The notes under the pieces are model-generated. The model saw only the letters and a list, made by a program, of their open reading frames with translations. It was not told the DNA's origin and searched no databases. Positions 38,016 to 47,091 of a stretch of DNA of 64,000 nucleotides are shown here, in pieces. Source of the stretch: a virus; the IMG/VR virus record IMGVR_UViG_3300013306_000017, positions 3,025-67,024 of that record, one strand, 5' to 3'. Within the stretch, counting starts at the first letter, position 1; each line of letters begins with the position of its first letter. The translations under genes were made by a program, and so were the position numbers.

Positions 38016-38395
38016 GTTTCAATCGCCACTCTAATCAACTGAATCAACGTGATGATTATTACGAGGAGGGAGGCCATTGGCAGCCAGCGCTTGGCTATCG
38101 CTGAGGGGGTTCTGTCTGCCAACTTTTGCTTTAACGCATCACTTTGTTCCTTTGCCGCTTGCCGCTCGTGCTCCGCCCTCTCTTTCAACAGTTCATTGTG
38201 GGTCTGATACAGTTCCTTTTGCCCTGACGTCACTTGTTCGATTTCACGAACCATCCGGTCGATTGTCAGCGTCAGTTCGCTCAGGCTTTGTTGAACATCG
38301 ATCGTTCTGGCGTATTGCTTAAGCTCAGACTCTAATCGAATGACTCTGGCAAGAATCCCGCTTTCCTCGCCATCTCGGCCCGAGTGTTGGGTCAT
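37994..38395 (-). CDS. Coiled-coil protein with C-terminal TM
   Basis: Heptad-rich region then LLVIIITLIQLI; overlaps the receiver gene. Confidence 0.65.
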   Translation of the reverse strand: MTQHSGRDGEESGILARVIRLESELKQYARTIDVQQSLSELTLTIDRMVREIEQVTSGQKELYQTHNELLKERAEHERQAAKEQSDALKQKLADRTPSAIAKRWLPMASLLVIIITLIQLIRVAIETWMRQQH

Positions 38396-38446
38396 AGTAA
38401 TGTCGCAAACCTTTATCCTTGAGTTGAAGGCTCGTTTCCGGATAAG

Positions 38447-38479
38447 AATCTAACCCAGTTGAAGGCTTTAAGTTTTCAG
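38447..38479 (-). promoter_or_regulatory. Late-promoter-like motif F (packaging operon)
   Basis: CTGAAAACTTAAAGC-N9-GGTTAGATT. Confidence 0.65.
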
Positions 38480-38497
38480 ACACCCTTTAGCGCTCCC

Positions 38498-38995
38498 TCA
38501 CTCCAAGTCATAATCGTCGTCATCATCCGAATCGGGATTTTCATATCGACGTGGGTTGCGAGCATTCGAATAGCTATTACCCGCAGGCTCCGATTTGAGA
38601 AAAATACCTTTTGGGCGCCGACCGCGGCCTATTTCAATCTTCTGGCCCATGGGCCGTTCCTCGTATTCACCATCGGCAATCAGGTCGGCATAAATGCGCC
38701 TTACTGAGACTTCATCCAGTCCGGTTTCGTCAACCAGGTCGCTCACTGCGTTACAACCTTCGGCAATGGCTGCGACTATCACCAGCCGCATCGTCGCGTC
38801 GCTGCACGTCGACTGCCGGTGAATTTTTTGCGCAGCTTCAAGTAACGACCCCTCGAAGTCGCCGAAGTGCTGCGCATACCGGCGCAGTTGAATAACCAGC
38901 GGATGCTGGCGGTTCGGTACCGCAGCGGGTGCGCGCTTGCTAGCAGACCCATTCGCCTGACTGCTATCAGCCTTCAATGCTAAAGCCGTTGACAA
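38498..38995 (-). CDS. Winged-helix DNA-binding protein (candidate late regulator)
   Basis: VSDLVDETGLDEVSVRRIYADL..G...GRGRRP wHTH pattern; AAGGAG SD. Confidence 0.65.
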   Translation of the reverse strand: MSTALALKADSSQANGSASKRAPAAVPNRQHPLVIQLRRYAQHFGDFEGSLLEAAQKIHRQSTCSDATMRLVIVAAIAEGCNAVSDLVDETGLDEVSVRRIYADLIADGEYEERPMGQKIEIGRGRRPKGIFLKSEPAGNSYSNARNPRRYENPDSDDDDDYDLE

Positions 38996-39007
38996 TGACG
39001 TGACTCC

Positions 39008-39880
39008 TTATGCTGTCCTTCGTTTCGTTCCGCTCCTGGTCGGATGAGGCAAGCTAACCGCAGCCAGAATCTCCAGCGACAACCGCCGCCGCGTTTCCGG
39101 GTCCGCCAGTCCCGTGATCTCCAGCCTGTGAGTTCGCTGAAACTGTTGGGTGCGCTGGAACTGTTTGACGGCCTTCAAGGTTGGAATACCAAACACGCCA
39201 TCAACCTCAGTCGGTGGCAGGTGTTTCAGAGTGGCCAACTGTATTTGAATGTTCCGGATCTCCGCTCCACGATCGTTAAGGCCGAACGTGCGGTCATTGA
39301 AGGCGAGCCGGAACGGGCGCGCATGCGGCTGACGGCCGTAAAGAAAACTAATCGCCTCATCCCATGTGAGATTGTCAGAGAGCTCGTAGTGCCAGAATTC
39401 CCGCAGCTTTGCCTTTGCCCCTTCATGAGACCATCCGCGCCATGCCGGAATGCGAATGAAACCCGCCTTCTTGGCCACGTCCGTAAAGTCGACAAAGCGG
39501 TCACGCTGTTGACCGGATTCGGTTTCAAGCTCCATCCAACGGCCATAATCGCGCGACGTCCGGAGAAACACTCGCCAGTACTGCTTGCCGTCCAACAACT
39601 CCTGCACCAGCACATAACGATCGCTGGTAATATCGAAGTCAAAACAGTCGCCACAGATATGGCGAGAGCGATGCGCAATTCCCGGTATAGGCGAGATGAA
39701 GTTGCGCGGTCTTATCAATTCCACCTTCGCTAGAAAATCAAATCCTGCGAGACTCAGCACTTCCGCTCTTAGTTTTGAAAACTGAATAACTGGCCGACCG
39801 CTCCGAAGATAAGGCAACGGGGCATCGACACTCACGCGTTCCAATTTGGCCAGCGTTCTGTTACGGAATGATTGAGCCAT
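39008..39880 (-). CDS. M15-type Zn peptidase with C-terminal peptidoglycan-binding domain
   Basis: SRHICGDCFD and EFWHYE motifs; VDGVFG..T..AVKQFQ...L.ITG.AD..T PG-binding motif. Confidence 0.75.
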   Translation of the reverse strand: MAQSFRNRTLAKLERVSVDAPLPYLRSGRPVIQFSKLRAEVLSLAGFDFLAKVELIRPRNFISPIPGIAHRSRHICGDCFDFDITSDRYVLVQELLDGKQYWRVFLRTSRDYGRWMELETESGQQRDRFVDFTDVAKKAGFIRIPAWRGWSHEGAKAKLREFWHYELSDNLTWDEAISFLYGRQPHARPFRLAFNDRTFGLNDRGAEIRNIQIQLATLKHLPPTEVDGVFGIPTLKAVKQFQRTQQFQRTHRLEITGLADPETRRRLSLEILAAVSLPHPTRSGTKRRTA

Positions 39881-39932
39881 AGCATTGGTCTGCCGTGGCC
39901 CGAGTCGAACGGGCCACGGTCAAACCTTCCCC

Positions 39933-40358
39933 TTATTTGGTTACCGCTTTGTCTGCCTTCCCACCGCCCGCGGCTGCTGCGCTGGTTTCTGCGGAGGTCT
40001 CAGTTGCCGCCGCCTTGGTTGCTTCCTGTTCAGGCTGCAGACTGCCGGCGCGAGGTACCACCTGCGAGGCATGCTCGTTGCTGATAACAAAGAACTGTTC
40101 ACCAAACACTGCCACCGCCAGACCATCGCTTACCCTGGACGCCACCGTGGTCACTGCGGCATAGCCTTCCTGCCGGGCTGTGATATCCAGTCGAATACCA
40201 TCCTCGGTCGCCGACTGCTCAGCGGCGATTGAGTTGCCATTGCTGGAGGCGCTGGCAAAAGCAACCTGGGCTTTATCGAACTTACCTCCCAGCAACGAGG
40301 TCATCATTGCTGCTGTGATTAAGTAACTGAGTTTTTGTCCTTCACGAATTATCTGCAT
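39933..40358 (-). CDS. Hypothetical protein
   Basis: AGGAG SD; Ala-rich tail. Confidence 0.6.
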   Translation of the reverse strand: MQIIREGQKLSYLITAAMMTSLLGGKFDKAQVAFASASSNGNSIAAEQSATEDGIRLDITARQEGYAAVTTVASRVSDGLAVAVFGEQFFVISNEHASQVVPRAGSLQPEQEATKAAATETSAETSAAAAGGGKADKAVTK

Positions 40359-40403
40359 AAGAAGTCTCCTGTCGGTTAGAGTTGAATTGGCGATGCGTCT
40401 GCA

Positions 40404-40988
40404 TCACGTAGAGCTTCCCTGAGCCTCCCACGGCGCCGCCGCCGTCGCTTGAGGCATTGGAGGCGCAAACAAAGGACCACCGGCCAGACCCTTCCGAATA
40501 CGCCGGCCACATTCAGCGATCACCAAGGAATCAGCGATTGCGTGTGTGATTCTCATTTGCGGAAACAACTGCTGGGCCTTGCCCTTGGAAATGTTCTTGT
40601 TCCCTCGAGTCAGGCAGCCCATCAGCTTTTGCCACTCCTGCGGGCGCAGGTCCTCAACTCGAATGCCGATCGTGATAAGGCAACCGCGGAGAAACCCATA
40701 GCCCTGCATGAACTTTCCTGAACTCGACATGCCTGGATTTACCTCAACGCGCTCTTCGCCGCCCGCTGTCTTGACGCGACGAACAGACGGCATCGGTTGC
40801 ACTTTCTCCAGGAACGCGATGATTTCAATTCCTTCGCTCTGACTCTCCGCGTAAAGTTGCCAGAAGTGGTCAGCGATATCCCTTTCCGTCGCCGGCATGT
40901 GAATGGCAGACGGGATCCATCGGTCGCCATCCTGCTTTAGCTTGGCGATGCCGCCGTTCATGCCGGGATCGATGCCGAGAACAATCAC
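40404..40988 (-). CDS. RuvC-like Holliday junction resolvase
   Basis: LGIDPG..GG, FLEKV, P..WQK, ADSL.IA. Confidence 0.85.
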   Translation of the reverse strand: MIVLGIDPGMNGGIAKLKQDGDRWIPSAIHMPATERDIADHFWQLYAESQSEGIEIIAFLEKVQPMPSVRRVKTAGGEERVEVNPGMSSSGKFMQGYGFLRGCLITIGIRVEDLRPQEWQKLMGCLTRGNKNISKGKAQQLFPQMRITHAIADSLVIAECGRRIRKGLAGGPLFAPPMPQATAAAPWEAQGSST

Positions 40989-41048
40989 AGTCGTCTTACT
41001 CCTTAAACAATTCAGTCAACCGATATGGATCATCACCTTCAATGAAGT

Positions 41049-42734
41049 TCAGTCCCTGAAGGTGCGGATAGCTTTTCCAAATGCAGAGCTGGTTAATGAG
41101 CGTCCAGTGCGCTCAGCGATTTCAGCCGAATCTAATTCCCCTGCCTCCGCAATCGCCGTCAACATTCCGCTTTCATATGCGGGCAGCTTCTGAATCCAGT
41201 GGGTCAATGCCGCCTGACCTGACGCCGGCGCCGGTGTGTAATCGGCACCCAAACACTCGCTTCCAGCGGTGGTGAGAACTAACCCGCCAGACACATCATT
41301 GGCGTAACCCATCTCAACGAGCTTATTTGCTTTCTTGGGGTAGTTACTGCTCTTGATTGAGAATCCGCACAGAGCAAACAACTGCGAGCGTGTAGTGGGA
41401 ACAGGTGAGCGGTCCGCAAGTTTGCGTAACAGGGTCAATTCAAATTTGTCGAGGTCGCTGTTGTCCGGCTCGGGTGATGGGATGCGCCGCGCTGGAGGCG
41501 GTGACTCAATGCGACGTACTGGAGGGGTTGCCGGGCCGGGAGTGAGGGCCACACGGCCAGGCGTATGACCGTTGGTGCTCACCTTTGCCAACGCTTCACG
41601 AATCCCAGCCGCAATGCCGTGCAATTTTTCGGCTTGAGTGGCTACCGCTACAAGGACCTTTTCAGCACGCGCAAGCTGGCCATCTTTCAGGGAGAACCTT
41701 TCAACTGTCCTAACAACCTCAGTTGGTTTCGCCGGCGCGGGCGCTTTCGTCGCAAGTTGCCTTTCGAGGTCCCTGATCTTCCGTTGGAGTTCTTTCGGAT
41801 TTTCAGTTCTGGCCTTCTCGATAGTGGCAGCCATGCGCTCAGACAGCCGCTTCAAGTCAACCGATGCCAATACCTTTGGTTCAACCGGACGCTCACCAAC
41901 CTTCGGCGTTTTTCGCGAGTCGAAGGTTTCAGCCATCCGGAACTGAACAACCTTTGAAATCTCCAGCCAGGCAGGTGAATAGAACACGCCTTCACCGGCT
42001 TTGAGCGTCGGCAGCTGCGAGACGATTGTTTCAAGTTCATCCTTCTTGCGCAGAAAGACCTTGAACCAGCGCTCGACGGCATCGAAATCCTGCGCACCGA
42101 CCACGCGCATGGCCACCAACGTCTCACACATGTTCATCACGCGCTTATCGAGGGTGGCAGGGCTCTGAGTAATGAGGCTGATGCCCAGGCCGCTGGTTCT
42201 ACCCTGCTTGATCACGCGGCGAACTAACGACAGCATCATCGATTCCGAAATGGTATCGCCCTTCTGAACCTTGAATTGCTTTTCCTGTGGGGCAAACTGA
42301 TCCGCCTCATCCAGAAACAGGTGCATGGGCTCCCGGCAATGCTTGTAGAGGTAGTCACAGAAGTCGTAAGTGAAGCGGAACCGCTGGCCATCGCTGAGGT
42401 GTTTAGTGGATATGATCGCCGAGATGCGTTCATTCAGAATGAGCTCGGCCACCAGTGCGCCGGCTGTGTACTCAAGAGGGGCGTCCTGGTGCGATCCGCC
42501 CAGAATGGTAACTGGGAGACCTTCGGACTTACCATCAGCCGACGAACGCAACCCCCACCAATCATCTTTGGGATCGAGCACAACGATTTGTTGCTTGGCC
42601 TTGAGCATTTCTTCGGCCATCACCGCGGCGGTCGTGCTCTTACCGGAGCCACGGATTCCGACAATGCAGAAGGTTCCTGTTACCGCATCAATCGGCAAAG
42701 TCAGGTCGTCCGAAATCTTTAATCGCTTCGTCAT
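41049..42734 (-). CDS. HerA/DUF87-like ATPase with C-terminal winged helices
   Basis: GIRGSGKS, LDPKD, FLDEAD, GR..GLG...ITQSPA. Confidence 0.88.
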   Translation of the reverse strand: MTKRLKISDDLTLPIDAVTGTFCIVGIRGSGKSTTAAVMAEEMLKAKQQIVVLDPKDDWWGLRSSADGKSEGLPVTILGGSHQDAPLEYTAGALVAELILNERISAIISTKHLSDGQRFRFTYDFCDYLYKHCREPMHLFLDEADQFAPQEKQFKVQKGDTISESMMLSLVRRVIKQGRTSGLGISLITQSPATLDKRVMNMCETLVAMRVVGAQDFDAVERWFKVFLRKKDELETIVSQLPTLKAGEGVFYSPAWLEISKVVQFRMAETFDSRKTPKVGERPVEPKVLASVDLKRLSERMAATIEKARTENPKELQRKIRDLERQLATKAPAPAKPTEVVRTVERFSLKDGQLARAEKVLVAVATQAEKLHGIAAGIREALAKVSTNGHTPGRVALTPGPATPPVRRIESPPPARRIPSPEPDNSDLDKFELTLLRKLADRSPVPTTRSQLFALCGFSIKSSNYPKKANKLVEMGYANDVSGGLVLTTAGSECLGADYTPAPASGQAALTHWIQKLPAYESGMLTAIAEAGELDSAEIAERTGRSLTSSAFGKAIRTFRD

Positions 42735-42762
42735 GCTAGTCTCCGGTTGTGGTTAAATGTGT

Positions 42763-42809
42763 CGGGTGGGTGGGAGGTCGTTTGCGCGACTTCCCGCCCG
42801 TTTTGTTTT
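42763..42809. terminator. Hairpin / probable terminator beside attP
   Basis: GGGAGGTCG-tttgcg-CGACTTCCC followed by a T-rich tract on the + strand. Confidence 0.45.
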
Positions 42810-42862
42810 AGGCCAAGGCCTCTGCGCAAGGAGGCACACATCGGCACACTTTTGCCGCTCCA

Positions 42863-42880
42863 GTCACACTATGGTCACAC
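42863..42880 (+). repeat. Integrase arm-type site pair (left)
   Basis: GTCACACTATGGTCACAC, 17/18 identical to 43102-43119; GGCACAC pair at 42833-42849. Confidence 0.7.
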
Positions 42881-42929
42881 CACGGCGCAAATCGAGATTT
42901 AGTTATCGCCTGTAAGTTGTTGAGGAAAA

Positions 42930-42977
42930 TGGTGCACCCGGCATGATTCGAACATGCGACCCCCTGATTCGTAGTCA
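42930..42977 (-). other. attP core: 3' half of tRNA-Arg(ACG)
   Basis: TGACT-ACG-AATCAGGGGGTCGCATG-TTCGAAT-CATGC-CGGGTGCA-CCA: anticodon arm, T arm and CCA present; D arm and 5' acceptor strand absent; next to the integrase. Confidence 0.9.
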
Positions 42978-43101
42978 TATCCGAACTGGCCCACTGATTC
43001 CCGCTGAGTCTGCTTTGAGTCATCTTGTTCCTGTTTGCTATTTCCGAAAGAGACTGCTTGTTCGTCTCAGTCCTCCGATGTCGCGCCTGAGACTTTGAGT
43101 T

Positions 43102-43119
43102 GTCACACTATAGTCACAC
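43102..43119 (+). repeat. Integrase arm-type site pair (right)
   Basis: GTCACACTATAGTCACAC overlapping the int stop codon. Confidence 0.7.
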
Positions 43120-44247
43120 CGACCCAAACAACAGCCTTCCGATCTTGTCGGCGGCATCCTGGCGCATCGCCGGCAGCACATGTTGATACGTGTCCTGAGT
43201 GAACCAAACACTTGAATGACCAGCGGCGCGGCTCACGCTCTTTACGTCGGCACCTGCTAGTAATGACAGCGTAACGAATGAATGCCGCAGTCTATAGAGA
43301 TTGACCTGACCTTCAATCTTTGCCCGCTTCATTATCGGAGCGAGATGCCGTCGCGTGAGGTTCTTCAAAGTCATTGGTGACCCTTTAAGCGAGGCGAATA
43401 CCAAGCCGTTATTTTGATACTTCTTGCCTCTCTTTAGCCGGTACGCTGATTGGATGCGTTTATGCCGCGCGAGGGCATCCGCCAGGACCGGACTGAAATT
43501 GACGGTGCGTAAGCTGGACTGCGTTTTCACTTCCTCAATTTTCCAGCCGCCACTGTTCGGCCACCACACTGAACGATGAAATGAGGCTTCGCATCTCTGC
43601 AGGTCAAGATCAGCCCATTGCAGCGCCGTGTATTCCTCCGGCCGCGGGCCCAAAGCGAGTGCAAACCAAAACACGATCCCCATGCGATCGGATTGTGCCG
43701 CTTTGATGAACCGCTCGGCCTCTTCCGGAGTGAATACATCAATCGCTTTCTTGATTCGCGCTGGGCGCCGCGTTGAAAAGGTCGGGTTCGACGGCAGCAG
43801 TTCTTCAACCACGGCATGATTTAAGGCGTCCCTGAGCAAGCTATGGGCGAAGGCAACCGTGCGCGGGGAGTATCCAGCTTCGGACAAGTCATTGTAGTGG
43901 CCCTGAATCCGGCGCGCAGTCAGTTCGGTCAAGCGGTCCTTGCCGAGTTGCGGCCGCACGTAGTTATCCAGGACAAATGTATAGCCTTCGTAAGTCCGCT
44001 CTTTGACTGAACCCTTCTTGAACTCTTTGAGCCAGCCATCCAGAAACTTATTGAGCGTGGGATCTTCAGACGATGGCTTATCGAGCGTGCCGAGGTCACG
44101 TTTGGTTTCCGCGCTGCGAGCATACTTCTGCGCGTCGCTCTTGGTGCCGTGAACGACCTTGTTGTGATACTTGGTGCGACCATCAACGCGCTTCAGGAAA
44201 ACGCGCACCAGCCACTTACCCGGACCTTTGGAAACGATTTCAGCCAT
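43114..44247 (-). CDS. int: Tyrosine integrase
   Basis: GPRPEE (R), YRLRH (HxxR variant), AGHS, TQDTYQH (catalytic Y); N-terminal arm-binding domain. Confidence 0.95.
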   Translation of the reverse strand: MAEIVSKGPGKWLVRVFLKRVDGRTKYHNKVVHGTKSDAQKYARSAETKRDLGTLDKPSSEDPTLNKFLDGWLKEFKKGSVKERTYEGYTFVLDNYVRPQLGKDRLTELTARRIQGHYNDLSEAGYSPRTVAFAHSLLRDALNHAVVEELLPSNPTFSTRRPARIKKAIDVFTPEEAERFIKAAQSDRMGIVFWFALALGPRPEEYTALQWADLDLQRCEASFHRSVWWPNSGGWKIEEVKTQSSLRTVNFSPVLADALARHKRIQSAYRLKRGKKYQNNGLVFASLKGSPMTLKNLTRRHLAPIMKRAKIEGQVNLYRLRHSFVTLSLLAGADVKSVSRAAGHSSVWFTQDTYQHVLPAMRQDAADKIGRLLFGSV

Positions 44248-44597
44248 TACGCAGCTTTGCTGTACGGTTGGGCGTTGCCGCCATGTTCAATTACTTCACG
44301 AACCTTAGCCAAGTCAAATTTTACCGACCGAGGGCTGAGCCTCACTGACGGAATCAGATTCTTGCGCGCGAGATTATATACATGCTTCTTTGCCCGGCGA
44401 ATGTTTTCCGGCGATGAAACATTTCGACCTAAAAGCTTTGCCACCTCGAGGGCGTCAACCAGCTCTTCGGTTTCCGGTTCGGCCTCTTTCAAGCCGAGCG
44501 CGCGAACCATCTCTGGGAGCTTTTCTTCGACCTTGCGATCGACAATGGCATCAATCTCGGCCATCAATGCGCGTAATGCTGTTTCCAGATTGCTCAT
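44247..44597 (-). CDS. Excisionase-like HTH protein
   Basis: EVAKLLG...VYNLAR...IPSVRL....VKF; coupled to int. Confidence 0.75.
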   Translation of the reverse strand: MSNLETALRALMAEIDAIVDRKVEEKLPEMVRALGLKEAEPETEELVDALEVAKLLGRNVSSPENIRRAKKHVYNLARKNLIPSVRLSPRSVKFDLAKVREVIEHGGNAQPYSKAA

Positions 44598-44609
44598 AGA
44601 TCCTACCCC

Positions 44610-46334
44610 CTACGCAGCCACGCCAAGCTGCTCCAGATATTTCTCCGCCAGTGTCTTAACGTGATCCCCTGACACTTGGAGTTTTTCAACCAAATCCAAA
44701 CGCGGATCACGTATTCCATCTATCTGCTGTTTCTTCAACCCGAGCACCTGCGCCACCACGGGATCTGACCCGCTCTCAGCAATCAGGAAATAAGCAGTGA
44801 CCATGTCGGCCTGTCCGTCCCGATAGATACGACCGATGTTTTGTTCGTGAACGCCAGGCGACCAATCCAGTTCACCGATGACCACGGTTCGTGATGTCTT
44901 TTGCAGGCCGTCTAAACCAGCGCCGGCGCGTAGAGAGATAATGAATACGGGTGTTTCGCCCGCCATGAATCGACGCTTTGACTCATCTTTTTGTGGGACT
45001 GACTCACTGCCCGTGTACATCGCGGGCTTCAGGTCTTTGAGCTTGTCCAGCCAGATTGAATAAACTTCGCGGTGCCAACCATAAAGGACCACCTTTTCAC
45101 CCGACTCAACCAACAATCGAACGAAGTCCGCAACAAACGGCGCCTTAGCGATTCCGGTCGCCTGCCGCAGCTTATTGCTCAGTTCCTCAGCCGCCTGCAT
45201 CTTTTCACCCCGGGACGTTTGGCTTTGCGTGAGAATCAAACGCGCCAACTCAGCGCATGACGCACTGACCCGATCAAGCGCTGAAGTGTCAGCGTCGATG
45301 TAATGAGGGATCTTGATCAGGTCAGGGAGTTCGCGGCCCACATCCTGGCGGGTTCGCCGTAACATGAACCCACTGTCGCGCATGTAGGAACCAAACGCTT
45401 TGGGATTTGAAATCGAAGGGCGGTCACCTGAACTGTCATGACACCACTCCCGCACAAACTCGCTGCGTGACCCGAGCGCATGCGGACGGATAGCGTTCAT
45501 CACGTTCCAGATTTCGCTGCCTTGGTTGTAAATCGGAGTCGCGGATAATCCGGCTCGAAACTGACATCTGTGCGCGATGTGTTCGGCAGCGGCATATTTC
45601 TGACTGCTGTGGCCAGTACGCAATTCCTGGCATTCATCGAACACGATGCTCTTGACGATAGGTGCCAATGTCTCGGCCCAGCCTGAAAGCTTGTGATAGT
45701 TCGTGATGATGACATCAGGAAAGGGGCTCGTTATTACTCCGGGCAGTTGGTCCTGCTGTGGGTGTCTATTTCGGCGCAGTTTCGTTAGGTCGTAAGGCTT
45801 GCCGGTCCGCAAGATGTGATAACGGAGAGCGGGCGCAAAACGGGACAATTCTCCAGCCCATTGTTTCGGTAGATGCGTGAGAGTCACCACGAGGGCCGGG
45901 CGGGTCCGTGGATCGGTAAGCATTGCAATTGCGCTGACGGTCTTTCCAAGGCCTACGTCATCAGCCAATAGCAATCCGCCCGAACTCAACGCCAAATGAG
46001 CCGCAATGCGCTGATACTCGCGGGCCGGTTCCGCGAGCGTAAATTCCTCCGGAGTAATCAGGCCGGAGAGAAGCCGATCGACCAAAGAACACTGCTCACG
46101 ATATTCGTCCGCACGACGGTCAAGATGTTGCTTATCCGAGTCACTGATCTTTAGCGGGAACCTTTCCATGAACCATTGGAGGTCACGGCAGAATTCCGGC
46201 GTATCGACAAATGTATGTTTGCCGTAACTCGCTTTGCTCAATCGCGCAAACACTCTTTTCAGACGAAGGGCAACGTGCGGCTCGCACACGACAGTCCATT
46301 CAGAGCGCCTATATTTCACTTCACCGTAGGTCAT
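44610..46334 (-). CDS. SNF2-family helicase
   Basis: LADDVGLGKT, FDECQ, LSATP, GLDGLQ, Q.IGRI.R.GQ. Confidence 0.92.
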   Translation of the reverse strand: MTYGEVKYRRSEWTVVCEPHVALRLKRVFARLSKASYGKHTFVDTPEFCRDLQWFMERFPLKISDSDKQHLDRRADEYREQCSLVDRLLSGLITPEEFTLAEPAREYQRIAAHLALSSGGLLLADDVGLGKTVSAIAMLTDPRTRPALVVTLTHLPKQWAGELSRFAPALRYHILRTGKPYDLTKLRRNRHPQQDQLPGVITSPFPDVIITNYHKLSGWAETLAPIVKSIVFDECQELRTGHSSQKYAAAEHIAHRCQFRAGLSATPIYNQGSEIWNVMNAIRPHALGSRSEFVREWCHDSSGDRPSISNPKAFGSYMRDSGFMLRRTRQDVGRELPDLIKIPHYIDADTSALDRVSASCAELARLILTQSQTSRGEKMQAAEELSNKLRQATGIAKAPFVADFVRLLVESGEKVVLYGWHREVYSIWLDKLKDLKPAMYTGSESVPQKDESKRRFMAGETPVFIISLRAGAGLDGLQKTSRTVVIGELDWSPGVHEQNIGRIYRDGQADMVTAYFLIAESGSDPVVAQVLGLKKQQIDGIRDPRLDLVEKLQVSGDHVKTLAEKYLEQLGVAA

Positions 46335-46693
46335 AGAACACTGTTAATTAGAGTCGCGACCTCCAATGGCTTGCCGTGCAATTCACCTGGAAGGTTCGTA
46401 TGAAAAGCCAGGCGCGTTGTAACCAGAAGTAGTGAGGCAATGCGATCCGATTGCGCATAGCGATGGAGTTGCCGAGTAACACCGGAGAGACCGCCGGCTA
46501 CTTTCACTTCCAGCCCAATGGATCCTTCAATTAGGAAGTCCACCTTATCTCCCTTCGCCAGTGACACCTCGCGCTCAAACTCTATCCCCTCAGCCGTCAG
46601 TACTTGCTCAATTCCATCCTGAAGCTCAAGCTCGGCGCGAAACACGAACCGATGACTCCGCATCAAATTTGCGATTTCAGAAAGTTGCATCAC
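46331..46693 (-). CDS. PD-(D/E)xK nuclease-like protein
   Basis: E..LQ...VDFL....GLEVK...QL.RY. Confidence 0.75.
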   Translation of the reverse strand: MMQLSEIANLMRSHRFVFRAELELQDGIEQVLTAEGIEFEREVSLAKGDKVDFLIEGSIGLEVKVAGGLSGVTRQLHRYAQSDRIASLLLVTTRLAFHTNLPGELHGKPLEVATLINSVL

Positions 46694-47091
46694 AAATACT
46701 TCAGAGCAATTCCATTGATGATGACGTGTATGATGTTATCGACGAAGATCAGGAGCCACGTCGCCAGCCACACCGGAGTGTCCGGACTAAAGCCCGTTGC
46801 CGCACACTCACGCCAGGACAGATTTGAGACCGTAGGGTTAAGGAAGTTCTTTCCCCAACACACGAACCGAGCCAGACGCCAGCGGTCGATCACAAAATGG
46901 GTGGACACAATGACAAACAGCGCGGTCCATGACATTCCGCGAAACAACAGAAGGAAGGGAACAGCGTAAAAGGTTACGTGCACGAGCGCCGCGATCGACC
47001 GTTTGGTTTTCTCGGTCGCCATCCAGTGCGATTGCAGCAGATAGTCACCAATTGCGTGTGCCAGTAATTGAGTCGCAGTTATCGTTAGCAT
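46690..47091 (-). CDS. DUF3307-like membrane protein
   Basis: AH.IGDY.LQ..WMA..K, HFVID, DN..H. Confidence 0.85.
   Translation of the reverse strand: MLTITATQLLAHAIGDYLLQSHWMATEKTKRSIAALVHVTFYAVPFLLLFRGMSWTALFVIVSTHFVIDRWRLARFVCWGKNFLNPTVSNLSWRECAATGFSPDTPVWLATWLLIFVDNIIHVIINGIALKYL

Noticed and set aside
42930-42977. Functional tRNA-Arg gene
   Set aside because: D arm and 5' acceptor strand are absent; it is an att core.
43185-43195. 11-nt match GATACGTGTCC between the 57-kb element and int
   Set aside because: Within chance expectation for this genome size and not at a regulatory position.
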